A stretch of DNA of 64,000 nucleotides, taken from the NCBI RefSeq assembly GCF_009914755.1, contig NC_060934.1; one strand, given 5' to 3'. The translations under genes were made by a program, and so were the position numbers. The DNA comes from the human T2T-CHM13v2.0 reference genome, Homo sapiens. How positions within the stretch are numbered: position 1 is the stretch's first letter; each line of letters starts with the position of its first letter. Below the pieces are notes generated by a model. The model did not search any database. It had not been told where the DNA came from and was given only the letters and a program-made list of their open reading frames with translations. Shown one piece after another: positions 1 through 16,029 of the stretch.

Positions 1-414
1 GAGATGTGGAACTCAGGTTTTAGGAGGGTGGAGAGGCAGGAGGGAAATGCAGAAGGCAGTGACGTGGCCTTCACTTCCAGAGCCAAGATTGCTCATGCAG
101 CTATGAAATCAAACCTGCCGTTTATTGTGTTTTCCTTAACCACTGGGTTTAGAATGGAAAGTTGGCTTGAGGTTGAGTCTCTGATCTTATCTTGAGGATG
201 TTGGGTTTACTTTAAACTTAGTCTTAAGGAGATTCTAGTGGAGGTTCTCATATGCACCAAGCTGTCATGGTAACTTCAGGGGTGCCAAAATTGCTGCCTT
301 AATTGACACCCTCTAATCAGTAAGGAGGTGGAATTTGAAACATTAGGAGGGAACAGATTTTTTAGGGTAAGAATATATTAGGTGCTGCCATTTACGTGTC
401 GTGGGATTTTGCTT

Positions 415-545
415 GGTTACCTAATCTAAGTCTATTTCATCCTTGAATAAAATGGGAACAATAGTAATCATAGGATTGTTGCAAGGGTTAAATGAGAAAA
501 TAGATGTAAATATTGACTTCTGGTACTACTTGCATTATTGTCATT
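415..545 (+). mobile_element. MIR SINE fragment
   Basis: MIR core-like taaaatgggaacaatagt...ataggattgttgcaagggttaaatgagaaaatagatgtaaa. Confidence 0.7.
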
Positions 546-564
546 AACTGGAATTTATCAACTG

Positions 565-1115
565 ACTAACATTTATCCTATAAATATTTACTTATTAACA
601 GATGTTTATAAACATCTACTATGTATCAAGTAGGGTTTTATTTATTTATGGGTTTACCAATTCATAACAAAGATCAAGAGGCAAGAAAAAACAGTAGGTC
701 ATTCATTCTGAAGATACTTTTTGAACACCTACTGTGGATTAGGTGTTTGAAGCACCTACTGTGAACAAAATGCTCTGCTTTTCTGCAGCCCTGTGTTCTG
801 TTTGATCATGCCTAATTACTCTTTTAATTGTAAAGGATTGAGTTTGTCAATATTTTATTTAGAATATTTGCATCAAAATTAAATGTGAACTATTTTTGAC
901 TCCCCCTAAAATAAAGAGACTCAACACTTGCTCTTAAATATCTCACAGTGTAGTGAGAGAAGATAAAATATTAGTATTACAATACAATAAGAAGTTGCTG
1001 TAATGTTAGGATGCATCAACAGTCATATATATAAAAGAAGGAGCAACAGAATCTGTCTTGAGAAGTCATGATAGGCCTTGGAGAAGTGATTTTGATCTGA
1101 GGCTTAAATGGTGGG
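565..1115 (-). mobile_element. L2 3' fragments
   Basis: cattcattc...tttttgaacacctactgtg and ...tttgatctgaggcttaaatgg resemble the reverse L2 3' end. Confidence 0.5.
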
Positions 1116-1119
1116 AGAA

Positions 1120-1489
1120 GTATTTTAAGCACAACAGGAACACAAATGGGTTGAAACAGAAGAAAGATTGATTGACTGATTGAACAGAAAGGACTAGATG
1201 TTTATGGCTTCATGGCAGGCTTGATCCAACAGCTCAAATGATGATGTCGTCAAAGACTTAGATTTTCTTAGTATTTGTACTCCGGCTTGTGCATTCTTGG
1301 CTGCATCTTCAGGTTCCACACTGTGTACCTTCAGCAACTTCAGGCATTCTCTATACTCTGTTGGTTGAAGCAGTCACAACATTTTGAAGGGAGGAACATA
1401 GACCCCACTTCTCAACAGAGGGTGCATCAGGGTCACATTGTAAGGTAAGCATGTGGAATGGGAGATACCAGAAAATATAATGGGCCACA
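1120..1489 (-). mobile_element. MaLR LTR (MLT1J/K-like)
   Basis: tggcttcatggcaggcttgatccaacagctcaaatgatg...gtcacattgtaaggtaagcatgtggaatgggagata...gccaca. Confidence 0.6.
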
Positions 1490-3889
1490 GATGGAGAGAT
1501 GAGTGTGGACTGTGGTCATGAGGGATAACTCCCTGCTGGGGACAGGGCTTGAGCTGATGCTTAAAGAGTGGATAGCTGGAAGCTGGCAGGCAGAGAAGGG
1601 CAGGAAGAGAACATGTGCACATTCCTGGGGACACCGGTGAGGGTTTGTGTTCCTTTTTGGGTCTTCTAGATGCCTCCTTACTGCCCAGAGCAACTAAATA
1701 GGCTAAAAATGGAGTCTGTTGCTACCATCTATCTGTAGAAGACCAAAGCATTCAGCAATTTCAAAGCACATGGCTCCTTTTTGGTGTCTTACATATTCAA
1801 CCTCAGGTTTAAAGTCCCCTGTGCCCAGTAAGTTGATCAGGCTTGATAAAATGCAAAGCCATTTCTCCTGACTTCTCCCTTTGTTTTCTCTTCTATTCTG
1901 GGGTACGAGGAGCCTCTGTACCATGGGATTGGAAGACTCACCAATGTCTTTGAGTTGGCACAATAAGTACCCTTGTTAGCACAGAAATCACATTAAATCA
2001 GTTATGTGCTTACTTGCCTGTCTGTCCCCCATTATGCTGAGAGTCTTGGGAGGGAAGAAACTGTGTCTAACACATTCCAGATTCTGAAGCAGAGCCAGGT
2101 ACATAGTAGGTGCTGTGTACAAGGTTATTGGAATAAAATAACCTTGAATGAAACTTCAAGGTTGAATGACAGCAGTGTTCAACACACCTGGGCACTTTCA
2201 TACCATCTCAGCCTACTGCAAGGTCCACATTTGTTTCCACCCCTTATTTTTTATTCCTTCTCTTAGTCCTGGAGTCTGACCAGCTCCTCTGTGATTCTTA
2301 TTTCTCTAGATCAGGAATCTGATCTGTCCTCAGTTTCTGTATCTGTATCTGACAGTCAGGTCTCAGAACTGAGGCCTTAATTCCCAAGCACACGTTGTCT
2401 GTTTCTTATCATGGAGGGAGATTGTTTAGACCAGAGTCAACACACAAGAAGGACTGCTGTGTCCCTTTACCCTTTTCCTTGGCAAGTTTTCCTGGCATGA
2501 ACTCTTGCTGTAACTAAGATATGTGAGGAACTTACTTTTACAGAGATATTTTGCCAAAGATAAATTTCTCAGGACTGTGGCCATGGATTCTTAGCAAAAG
2601 GAAGGACAAGGAGATACGATCAAATGTGTGCTGGTGAATCAATACAAATAAATTATGTGTTCTTTGTTATTATGTCCTAGGCTACATGAGAGAGGGCTCT
2701 TAATCATCCACCATCAGCCGCTGGAGGTTCTGCTCCTTTCTCAGGAGTTATGTGGAGACAAACCCAGGCATATGTTATTTTAGGCAACCCAGATCACTTT
2801 CTGGTGGGAATATTGGTGAGGCTGCTAAAGGAATGCTAGCCTCTGCAAAAGACTGGAGGAGAGCAATTCCTCTCAGAGTCTGGCATGGCCCTCAATACGC
2901 TCTAAGTTTTTCTACCTCTAATGTCCCTGGGATTTATCAGCACTTTCCTGCTTGAATGAATGGTCATTCTGCTGTGATATATGGGACCAATCTCTGGCGA
3001 TTTTAATCAAGTATGTGACTAAGAGCTTGGACAGATTAAAATCTACACCTACCCCAACTTCCCACCATATAAATGAGGTGGCTCTTTATCTCTTATATCT
3101 TGGGATGTGGCTGCCATGGCCCTGTTATCTGCCATTCTGGGCTAGGACCTAGACCAAGGCCAACTCAGGAAGTACATGCATTCTGGGCAAGGTGAGATCC
3201 AGGTAAGCAGTTTGTAAAAGGAGCTAAAGAGGTGACGAGACATGGGGGTGAGGCTAGGAGATAGTAATCTAGGAAAGGAGCCTCTCCAAAGGCACTGGAC
3301 AGGCAGTAACAAACATGCCTGCAGGGCCAATAGGCAGATGAGTAACGACAAAATAGGGCACAGGGAGAACCTAGGCCATGAGCAGGTTTCCAAGACAGGG
3401 AGGATGCACAAGTTTGGGGAAATAAGTTGGAAACCACCGCAACCAACCTGGAGCATGAAATGAGGTTTAGGCCATGGGAACACTTAGATGGTCCTCCCCT
3501 ATGTGTTGGATTGGAGCTGGATCTCAAACCTAGACTTGTGATTAAAATGAATTATACTAACTTCTTGGATATCTCTGAGACACCTTTTTTTTCCTATTCT
3601 GTTCCATTTGCAGTTTTTAGCGACAACTTTTTCATAAGGGATTCCCTCCCACCTCCCTTCTCTCCTTTCCCACTGCCATTGCCTCAGTTCAGATTTCCTA
3701 CCTCTTATGTTTGGACCATTGCAGTATCCTTCTCACTAGGCTTTCTGCTTTTCATCTTCACTGATCCACCCTTCATACTCCTGGCCATTTCATTTCCAAA
3801 GTGCAGGTCCTAAAAGGTCACTGACTTATTCAAGCTCATTAGACATCTTCATGGTATTTAATGAGTCAAGTCAAAACTCTTTAACTTGG

Positions 3890-4405
3890 TGTAGTTGGCA
3901 GAATAGTGGCCTCCCAAAGATACCCATGTCCTGATCTCTAGAACCTGTGGATGTGTTAGGTCACATGACAAAGGGAAATTAAGACAGTAGGTGGAAATAA
4001 GGTAGCAGTCAGCTGAGTTTAAGATAAAGCGATTGTCTTGAATTATTTGGCTGGGTACAATGTAATCATGAGGGTCCTTAAATGGGGAAGAGGGAGGAAG
4101 AAAAGTCAGTTTTCAGAGTGATGCCATATGAGAAAGACCTGACCAGCCATTGTTGGCTTTGAAGACTGAAGGGGACCATGAGTCAAGGAATGGGGGAAAA
4201 GAAAACTGTAGAAGCTGGGAAAAGAAAAACAACAGATTTTCCCCTAGAGCCCCCACAAGGAATGTAGAACACAACCCTACCAATACCTTGATTATAGCCA
4301 GTAAAACCCATTTTGGACTTCTGGCCCCCATAACTGTGAAATGATACATTTGTGTTATTTTAAATTCGTGGTAATCTGTTACAACAGCAATAGAAAATTT
4401 ACACA
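3890..4405 (+). mobile_element. MaLR solo LTR (MLT1D/E-like)
   Basis: TG...CA ends (tgtagttggcagaatagtggcctcccaaagat ... gttacaacagcaatagaaaatttacaca); 5-bp TSD cttgg/cctgg. Confidence 0.85.
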
Positions 4406-4769
4406 CCTGGTATTTAAAACCACTGTTATTTGGCCCCAGTAGATATCTCCATCTTCTTCTCTATGTATGTGAAGCTCTAGCCTCAGAAGACAATGGGTAG
4501 AGTGTCTCCAACCTAGTGTAAGTCAGACCAGTTTCAAATTTTTTTTGCAGGAAGTTGTATAAGCATGTATCTCCCTTCTTGCACTGAAAGTGCCTTAGGT
4601 CAGGAACTTTGTGTCTCTCATCCCTACATCCCCTTAGTACCAAGCATGATGTGTTGCCTGTAAGAGAGACTCTGTTGTAATTTGTAGGATTGAATAGGAG
4701 GTGGGTTGTGATGAATGCCCAATCATGAGTTGGTGATAGGGTATTCACTTCACTGTTATTTACAGCAGT

Positions 4770-4826
4770 GGTGCTGAACGCTGTCCCGGGTGCTGGAGGT
4801 GCTGAGCGCTGTCCCAGGTGCTGGAG
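4770..4826. repeat. 28-bp tandem duplication x2
   Basis: gtgctgaacgctgtcccgggtgctggag followed by gtgctgagcgctgtcccaggtgctggag. Confidence 0.9.
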
Positions 4827-6571
4827 ATATAACTGCAAATAAAACAGATGTGTTGATACTGAAGCATCTTACAGTCTAGCCAAGCTCCTGCCTTTGCCCT
4901 CATCCGAAGCAGCTGAGGCTAGTGGCTGCTTCCAGTCTGGAGAGATGCTGATCCCCAGGAAATTCACTGGAGTCAGCAGCTGAAATTGTTTGGCTGGGAG
5001 CTCTTTTAGCTCCTGAGACCCAAGAGGGAGCACTGCCCCTGACAGAAGCTCCAGAAGAAAGGGAAGTGTGTGTGCCTGCAGGCAGGATCAGCAGAGACAG
5101 CCCCTGAAATGAAAAGAGACAAGAGGGTTGGATCACACACCAGGCAAAATGAACTTGGATGGACCTGTGATCTTCCCATCGCGGAGGCTGTCAGTGCGTG
5201 TCCACACAAAGCAAGCATTGGCATGCAGGGAGTTCCAGGCTTTTATCTCTGTGTCAGTGAGAGGCCTGATGAGGTTGCTCTTTATTTTGTGAGCTTCAAG
5301 TTGTCACCACTAAAGTGACATGCCCCTTCTTGAGGACATGGCATTTCCTCACTCAAATGGCAAATGACCTGGTTTGCTCAGAGACAGGGAAAAAGGAAGG
5401 AACCTAATGCATGCTGACGGCTTACTGTGTGCCTGGCAGTACAATACCCTTTAGCTGATCCTCACAACAACTGAATGAAGGGCGTGATCTTGGCTAACTT
5501 TAGTATGAGGACACTGAGGCTCAATAGGGTAAGCCCCTTTCCTAAGGTCACACAAAATAAGTGGCAGACCCTGGATTCTACACTAAAACTTTCTGGTTTA
5601 ATGCTTTCACTTTTTCTCAAAGAAACAGATCACTTATATTAATATTTTCATTTGTGTTAATGATCATCTCTGGAGGTTTCACATTAGTGGCATTGCAGCC
5701 AGTTTCCTCTTCCATCAGCTCACATCCGTTTCTGCCCTTGGCTGCCTTCTCAGGGTGGTTTTGATGGTGGTTGGATGGATGGAGTAATGGACAGGCAGAA
5801 AGGTATGAGCTCAGACTCCTACCTAATGGTACACCTTTGGAGAGAATTAAGCCGTGGTCTGGTGAGATGTTATTATGGGATATAGAAATTGGCAAGGAAT
5901 TGTGTGGTCATTTAGCCCCACCCCTGTTGCTGCGCTGCATGCTACCTAAATCATTTCCAAGAATGGCCATCTCATTTTCAAAGTCCCTTAGGGAATGAGA
6001 GTGAATGGATTTTTAATTCATTTTTAATGGCTCGTTACACAAAACCAGAACAACCCCCCACTATTCAACAGCCATTTTTCACAGTCTCCTTGTTTCAACA
6101 GCATTGCGTTTTCATTTCCTTGATTTGTCACTTGCCTTATTCAGTTACCAAATTCTGCAAAGTACTTTCTTAACAATGGCCCATTTTTAAGTCAGGATAA
6201 CTACTGCTTGTTAATTTCTATATATCTTATCTCTCCCTTGGATCCCCTTGGAATAGAGAACCCTGTGTTTGGGTGCTGACTCCTGCCTCTTCCTACTTGC
6301 ATGAGCGGGACAGTTTCCTTATCTAGGCAATGGGGATAATGCTATCTCCCTTTTGTCATAGTTATGCTCATTATCTGTGTAATACACATCAAGCATCAAG
6401 TACAGTGGTTGGCACTTAGTAGGTCCTCAGTAAATGTTAGCATGCTCACCTTGGCCCTTCCTGTATTTGTTCCTCTCTTGTATAAACTACCGTAGTTTAA
6501 TTAAGTTGTGATTTTGTCTGGAAATTTAGTGTTTTCTTTCATCTACACCCCATTAGGTACAGGAGTATACA

Positions 6572-8921
6572 CACATATACCTCAGAGATATTGTGTGTTA
6601 CAGTCCACCACAATAAGGTGAATATCACAATAAAGCAAGTCACACAAGTTTTTTGGTTGCCCCATGCACATAAATGTTATGATTACATTATACTGTCATC
6701 TATTAAGTGTTAAGTAGCATCATGTCTAAAAAAATGCATACTTCAAGTAAAAATATTTTATTGCTAAAAATACTAATGATTACCCGAGCCTTTAGTGAGA
6801 AATCATCTTTTTTGCTGGTAGAGGGTCTTGCCTCAATGTCAATGGCTGCTGACTGATCAGGTTTGTGGTTGGTGAAGATTGGGATGGCTGTGGCAATTTC
6901 AGAAAATGAGACCACAATGAAGTTTGCTGCATTGGTTGACTCTTCTTTCATGAAAGATTTCTCTGTAGAATGTGATGCTGTCTGATAGCATTTTACCCAC
7001 AGTAAACTTCTTTCAGAATTGAAGTCAATCTTCTCAAGCCCTGCCACTGCTTTATCCACTCAGTTTATGGAATAGTCTAAATCTTCTGTTGTCATTTCAA
7101 TAATGTTTGCAGCATTTTCACCAGGAATAGATTCCATCTCAAGAAACTGCTTTCTTTTCTCATCTGTTTAAGTTTAATCATGAGATTGCAGAAATTCAGA
7201 CACATCTTCAGGATCCACTTGTAATTCTAGTTCTCTTGCTATTTCGACCATATCTGCAGTTACTTTGTCCACTGAAGTCTTAAACCCCTCAAACTTATCT
7301 ATGAGAGTTGAAATCAATCTATTCCAGACTCCTATTCATGTTGATATTTTGATCTCCTCCCATGAATCATAAATGTTCTTCATGACATATGGAATAGTGA
7401 ATCCTTTCCAGGCGGTTTTCAATTTACTTTGCTGAGATTCATCAGAGGAATCACTGTTTATGGCAACATAGTTTTATGAAATGTATTTTTTTAAAAAAAT
7501 AAGTCTTGGAAGTGAAATTACTCCTTGACTCACGGGTACATGATGGATGTTGTGATAGCAGGCATAAAAACAACATTAATATCTTTGTACATCTCCATCG
7601 TAGATCTTGGGAGACCAGGTGCATTGTCAGTAAGCAGTAATATTTTGAAAGAAATATTTTTATTGGAGCAGTAGGTCTCAACAGTGGGCTTAAAATTTTC
7701 AGTAAACTGTGCTGTAAAAAGATGTGCTGTCATCCAAGCTTTGTTATTCCATTTATAGAACACAAGCAGAGGAGATTGAGCATAATTCTTAAGGGCCCTA
7801 GGATTTTTGGAGTGGTAAGTGAGCACTGGCTTTAGCCTAGATGAGTTATCCTGTCTTTTGAAGCTTTGAAGCCAGGCATTGAGTTCTCCTCTCTAACTAT
7901 GAAAGTCCCAGATGGCATCTTCTTCCAACAGAAGGCTGTTGGTTTACATTGAAAATCGATTATATAGTGTAGCCACCTTCATTAATGATGCAAGGTAGAT
8001 CTTCTGAAAACTTGCTGCAGCTTCTCCATCAGAACTTGCTGCTTCACTTTGTACTTGTATGTTATGGACATCCCTTCTTTTCTTAAACTTCATGAACCAA
8101 CCTCTGCTAGCTTCAAACTTTTCTTCTGAAGCTTACCTCTCTTAGACTTCATGGAACTGAAGAGCGTTAGGGCCTTGCTCTGGATTAGGCTTTGGCTTAA
8201 ATGAGTGTTGTGGCTGGTTTGATCTTCTGTCACTAAACCTTTTTCCCTATCAGCAATAAGGCTGTTTTTCTTTTCACGTGTATGTTCACTGGAATAGTGT
8301 TTAAAATTTCCTTCAAGGACTTTTCCTTTGCATTCAGAGTTTGGCAAACTCTGGCACAAGAGACCTAGCTTTCAGTCTGTTTTGGCTTTTAATGGGCCTT
8401 CTTTGCTAAGCTTAACCATTTTTACTTTTAATTTAAAGTGTGAGATGTGTGACTCTTCCTTTTACTCAAACACTTAGAGGCCATTGTAGGGTTGATATTT
8501 GGCCTAAATTCAGTATTGTTGTGTCTCAGAGAATGGGGGCATGTGGGCTGAGGAGAAGGAGAGAGATGGGGAACAGCCGATCAGTGGAGCAGTCAAAACT
8601 TGCACATTTGTCAATTAAGTTCACTGTTTTATATGGGCATGGTTCATGGTGCCCAAAAAACAATTACAAAGTAACATCAAAGATCACTCATCACAGGTCA
8701 TCATAACAGATATAATAATAACAAAAAAGCTTGAAATGTTGTGAGAATTTCCAAAATGTGACGCAGGGACACAAGGTGGGCACATGCTGTTGGAAACATG
8801 GTTCCAACAGGCTTGCTCGACATGGGGTTGCCACAAGCCTTCCATTTGGAAAAATTAAAAAGAAAACCACAGTATCTGTGAAGTGCAATCAAGTGAAACA
8901 CAGTAAAACAAGGTACCTTTG
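6572..8921 (-). mobile_element. Near full-length Tigger1 DNA transposon (TcMar-Tigger) with decayed transposase
   Basis: Both termini are recognisable (cacatatacctcagagatattg... and ...aaaacaaggtacctttg). Minus ORF 7530-7826 reads [13 protein letters not shown]...[14 protein letters not shown]...[12 protein letters not shown], the pogo/TIGD1-type DDE region. Further fragments at 6703-7059 and 8090-8359 are frameshifted. Confidence 0.95.
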
Positions 8922-9329
8922 TCTTCTCTAGTGGCCCTTAGAGAATGATAACTCTTTAAAACTTAATATGGTCTGATTTCGGGAGATTGCTTTCATTATC
9001 TTCCCACCCTGCTCCTGTGTCCCTTTCTCCTTACCCTGTTGTGGACATTCTCAAAGTTATTTCAAAGCCACCTTGAGCTCTCCCTTCTGGAGAGGCTTGG
9101 CAGACTAACTTATCTAAGGAAAAGAAATCCTTGAAAGACATTGCTCCCAGAAAGGAGAGGGCTGAGAGTTTAAACTTTTTCCATCTCTTATGATCTCATC
9201 AAAGCCTCTCATCCACTGTGAGGATGTCCTGACCACCTCAGCTCAGATTCATCGTCTCCTCCTTTGAACACCTCTGGTAATACTTTAAACTCAAGAAGTG
9301 TGTTATATCTCTGTTGATTAATAGATGCC

Positions 9330-9860
9330 ATATCAAAGAAACATTTAATAATACTTTCATAGTACAATGATGAGAAAATCAGGGTTCCTGTCCTGAGGAA
9401 GCATGTAACCTAGAGTCAGAGATGCATGTGCAGATAGAAAATTATAGTCTGGTGAGTAGCAAAATTGGAGGTATGTACAACAAGTTAGGGGAACATAGAT
9501 TAAGGGAAAATCAGTTCTGTCTTTGAGAACAGCTGAGACATCAGAGTGTTGATATTTGAGCTGAATCTGGAAGCATGAGAAGGAAGGAGAGCATCAGGTA
9601 GAGAACAGGAGAAGGGCTTTCAGAGGAGGGAGAAGAGCATAATGGAAAGGTACGGGAAAGTTGAATAGGAGAAGGGGTATTCTAGTATGGCTAAAATTCA
9701 GTGGTCATTTGGGAAAGTGGCTCTAGAAGAGGTTTAAACTGCCATTTGGGGCCAGGTTGAGAAAGACCTTTTATGCCATGAGGAATCTGGATTGATTCTA
9801 AAGGCAGTGAGAAGCCACTAGAGAATTTTTGTAAGAAATTAAGTAAATGAGTTAGTTCAA
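9330..9860 (-). mobile_element. L2 fragment
   Basis: gatatttgagctgaatctggaagcatgag...ggcagtgagaagccactagagaattttt. Confidence 0.7.
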
Positions 9861-9874
9861 AGGCCTTTGAGGCC

Positions 9875-10065
9875 ATCTAGTAGCCAAATCCAATGGTTGA
9901 TTTTTGATCTTTCTTGTAAATAAACTGTCAGCAGTATTTCACTTTACAGGGATCTGGTCACCCTCTTCCTTGAAATGCTTTCCTCACTCGGTTTCCAGAA
10001 CCCATGTTCTCCTTGATATCCTTGTATCTCCCAGCCTGTTCTGTGTCAGCCAGGGCCTCTAACTC
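9875..10065 (+). mobile_element. L2 ORF2 (RT-region) fragment, left part of an interrupted L2
   Basis: gccaaatccaatgg...tcagcagtatttcac...ccctcttccttgaaatgctttcctcactcggtttccag (LSAAFD...LLLE region). Confidence 0.65.
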
Positions 10066-10070
10066 GAGAT

Positions 10071-10448
10071 ATTTTTTGATTTTAATTTTATTTTAAGTTC
10101 TGGGTTACATGTGCAGAACATGAAGACTTGTTACATAGGTATACATGTGCCATGGTGGTTTGCTGCACCTGTCAACCCATCATCTAGGTTTTAAGCCCCA
10201 CATGTATTAGGTATTCGTCCTAATGTTCTCCTTTGCCTAGCCCCCCAACCCCCGACAGGCCCTGGTGTGTGTTGTTCCTCTACTTGTGTCCATGTGTTCT
10301 CATTGTTCATCTCCCACTTATGAGTGAGAACATGCAGTGTTTGGTTTTCTCTTCCTGTGTTATTTTGCTGAGGATGATGGCTTCCAGCTTCATCCATGTC
10401 CCTGCAAAGGACATGATCTCATTCTTTTTTACGGCTGCATAGTATTTC
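10071..10448 (-). mobile_element. L1 3' end (L1PA7/8-like)
   Basis: T-rich tail, then aagttctgggttacatgtgcagaac...ttacataggtatacatgtgccatggtggtttgctgcacc...ggctgcatagtatt. Confidence 0.9.
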
Positions 10449-10449
10449 T

Positions 10450-10915
10450 AAAAGAAGAGATTGAATACAGGAATTGAATACAAGAGTGCTGGAAAGGCTG
10501 GAAGAGCAAGAAAGAGGAAAGGCAAGGCTGCTCAAAGATCGGTCACTGCAGGAACCATCACGTGACTGCCTAGGAGGAGAGGAAGCAGTACTAGAGGTCA
10601 AGGGTCTCTCCCACCTAGGTTCCTGCTGTGTGTGCTGAGGTGCATCAGAAGAACCCAGGAGCCTGTGCTGCTGGTTACTGAGACCCGTCCCCATTGCTTC
10701 CACCACCTCTGTTGCTGCTGATGTGTTGTCACATCAGAAGCCAGATATGTGGAGAGGGCTGCTTCTCCCTCCTCCGCCAGTCCCCACTCATGCTTTCCAT
10801 TGGCTGAACTAATCTTGAAGAGAGCTCACAGGAGAGTTTTAGAAATGTAATTTGCAGAGCCCTGGTTACCTGCCATACATAGGCAGGATTGTGGGGTGAG
10901 AGTAAACAGCACAGC
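10450..10915 (-). mobile_element. ERVL LTR (LTR33-like)
   Basis: ttccattggctgaactaatc...gagagtttagaaatgtaatttgcag; adjoins ERVL internal sequence. Confidence 0.55.
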
Positions 10916-10999
10916 CTACTTCTTTGGCTATTGTGAGTGTTCTTTTCCACCCTCCTGTTTGTATTTAACCTTGTGATTCTGCCTAATATAATGCAATAA

Positions 11000-11319
<320 letters not shown>

Positions 11320-11566
11320 ACGACAAATTATACCATGAGGATACTGTCACTCTCTATCAAGAAAGAGATTCATGAAGTTCCATTAGTTGCTAAACCTTCT
11401 CTGGGTAATGTTAATTGCTTTGTAGACCTATTACAATCCTGTGTGGATATCTTATAACCCAAAGTAGTTGTGAAGCTAACCAACACTAACGTTCTTTGTA
11501 TAAAAGAAAAGAAACAGAGAGAGAGTAGGAGAAAAGAGAGTAACTTATGGGCACCATCTATTTATC

Positions 11567-12070
11567 TGTTTTGCCCTGCTGAACCTGTGGCTGGAATTAC
11601 CCCAAAAGTGATGGAAGGGAAGTTCCCACAAGGGAGTGCCCCAAACGGTACCAAGATAGGGCCAGTTGCGATTCCAAAGAAAGAAGCACTAAATGCCAGG
11701 GTGATCAGTGCAAAGCATTTATTAGGGGAACTTAGTATAGTGCTGCAGCAATCCTCATGACAGACAGCAAGAGAAAAGGGGTGATCTACCTAGATCTGTC
11801 CAAGCAACGTGGTCAGGGAAAGGAGTTTATGAGACGGTTTAAGGCATTTAGCTCAGGGCCAGGACCTCTTTCTTTCAGTGTTTTGGGCAACAACCTAGAT
11901 ACCTTTAACAGTTCCTGGGAATGTTCAAAAGACCAGTGTAGGTTCAAGCCTGCTGGGGAAAACCTGCACCTTGCTGGGTCACAGAACAGTCAAGCACTCT
12001 GATTTTTCACTCAGAACACAGAAAGCAAGTAGGTGATGGGGGAGGGGGGTGTGGAATAGGGAATCCTGCA
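11567..12070 (-). mobile_element. ERVL solo LTR (LTR47/MER54-like)
   Basis: TG...CA ends; TSD ttatc/ttctc; reversed polyA signal tttatt; caacaacctagatacctt...ggttcaagcctgctgg. Confidence 0.7.
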
Positions 12071-12169
12071 TTCTCACTCATCTCTGTGCACACACATTCT
12101 GAGCCTTCTCTCATCTCTGTGTATGTGCACATAAAGCAGGCAAGGAGAAATATGCGTAATTGCTATTAT

Positions 12170-13810
<1,641 letters not shown>

Positions 13811-13829
13811 AAACTGGTTTTTCTGCCTC

Positions 13830-15013
13830 GTTTCACTGATCTCTAAATGCTGACATGCCCCAGCTGTCAATCCTTATAGCTTTAGTCAATCCACACTTGG
13901 TCTCTTAGTGACTAGACCTAGACTCATGTCTTACAAGTCCATCCAATCACTGACAGCTCCCAAATTGATATTTGTAGCCTAAACTCTCTTCTCTGAACCC
14001 CAGACTCATTTATCCAGCTCAGTGTTTGACTTCTCCATTTGAATGTCTCTTAGGCATTTCGAAATTAATGTCTAAAGCTCAACTTTTAATCTTTCCTCCA
14101 AACCTTCTTCTCTCACAGTCCTCGTCTCATAAGACAGCAATTTCATGCTTCCAGTCACTTAGGCTCAAATGCTGAGGGTTGTCCTTGACTATTCTCTTTT
14201 GTTCACACCTCGTATCTAATTTGTCAGCAAATCTCCTTGGCTCTATCTTTAAAATATATTTAGATCCTGCCCCTCTTCACCTGTCTCCCCAGTCCACTGC
14301 TGTTACTCTGGTCCAGTCTACACTGCATTTCCCCTGGATGATTACAGTAGGCTCCTCATCCACTCTCGTCCCCTCACTGCCTTTCTAAACACAGCAACCA
14401 GAGTGATCTTGTTAAAACCTAAGTCCTCCATGTAAATCCTCTGGTGGTTTCCCATCTCACTCGGAGTAAGTACCAAGATTCTTACAGTGCTTCTCAAGGC
14501 CCAGTGAGATCTCAGCCTCCCAATATCTCCCTCACCTCCCCTCCAGCTTCATTAACTTGTTGTTCCTTGGTTACGCTGGGCACATTCCTGCCTTTGGATC
14601 TTTGCATCTGCTGCTGCTTCTGCCTGACATGTTTATTACCAAGAGCACCATGTGACTTCTTCCTTCACCTCATTCAGGATTTTAAGTGTCAGTTTCTCAT
14701 AGAGGCCTCTTCTGAACTCCTTATTTACTTTTGCAACCTTCATTCCCCAACTGCCACCCCCCCAGCCCACCCTGGAACCACCCCTGTGTGTTTGCACTTT
14801 TTAATGTATTTCTCTTATTTCTTATTTCCTGCTTATTTTTTCCCCACAGTACTCACTGCCATTTGACTACTGCATTTGTTACCTATTTTTTTTTTTTCCT
14901 CTGCTAGGATATTATCTTAGAGGGGGCAAAGAGGCTGGTTTGTTTTCTTTACTGCTGATTCAGCACTTGGCAAAAAGGAAGCATGCTATACATATTAGTT
15001 TGGTGAATGAATG
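13830..15013 (+). mobile_element. L2 (L2a-like) 3' about 1.2 kb
   Basis: ccccagactcatttatccagc...acagcaaccagagtgatcttgttaaaacctaagtc...ending tgaatgaatg. Confidence 0.85.
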
Positions 15014-16029
15014 GAAAAATTATAAGGACCTGAAATTGGTCAATGTAGTACACCCCAACACATTTCAGGAGACTCGGTGTTTGCTTGCTATGGGCAAGAT
15101 GAGAAAGGAATCATGCTGAGCCACAGAGTTGGTAATGCTCCCTTAAAAAAAAAACAGAGAAAGGGGTTAACAGTTTTGTAAAATTTCTTGCATCAGTCAC
15201 TGACAAGTTGGTGTCTCTTGTACTATTAATAATTCCTTGTCTTCCCAACTAGATTGTAAACTCATGCTGTGCAATGGGCACTGTTTGTCTTATTCTGGAC
15301 ACCCAGTTGGTGTCCAGACATTCTCGTACTGTGGGTCAGTTGGGTTCTGGACTCTAGATGTTTAATTTCTACTCCCTGCAGGGGAGGCTCCTCTAGGTGG
15401 GAGGAAGATGCCAAGACTCACAAGACTATGCTGAGACTTAAAATACACTCCTGCAGGCAGTCCCCGAAGTGTATGTTTTAGCAACTTTCTTATGTTACCA
15501 TTGTCTACCACTCCTGGTAAAGAAAGTCAGTGAGTCCTATTCCACTTGGCTGAAAGCAAAGAATTATCAGGTCTAGGCAGGAGTGAGGTCATAAGAGTGA
15601 GGGGACCTAGAGGTGGATGTGCAGAGAGCCCCATGGATTTAAAGGCACCAAGATTTTAGGAAGGTTTAATGAACTAAAGTAATTTTCCTTCAGAGTAAAA
15701 TTTTACAGGCATTAAAGGTCCTCACTTCACTGAATGTGCTCACAGGCCAGAGCGTCCTAGTGATTTATGAATTTGCAGATTACACATTTCCTTTCTGAGA
15801 ACAGGAATCCCCTGGGGCTTTCTGCCTGGCTTCCAAAGCTGAGTGGAGGTGCCAGGTGAGAGAACACTGGCTCTGATTTGCGGCCTCCTGCATTGCAGTT
15901 AGGGTCTAGAATGGATGAGCATTTTTTTAGAAGGAGCTCAGCAACTCTAGAATCTGAAACCTTTCCACCAAATATGAGTAACTAGAAGCTCTTGTCTTCT
16001 GAAGAATAATTGTCACACTTATAACTCAT

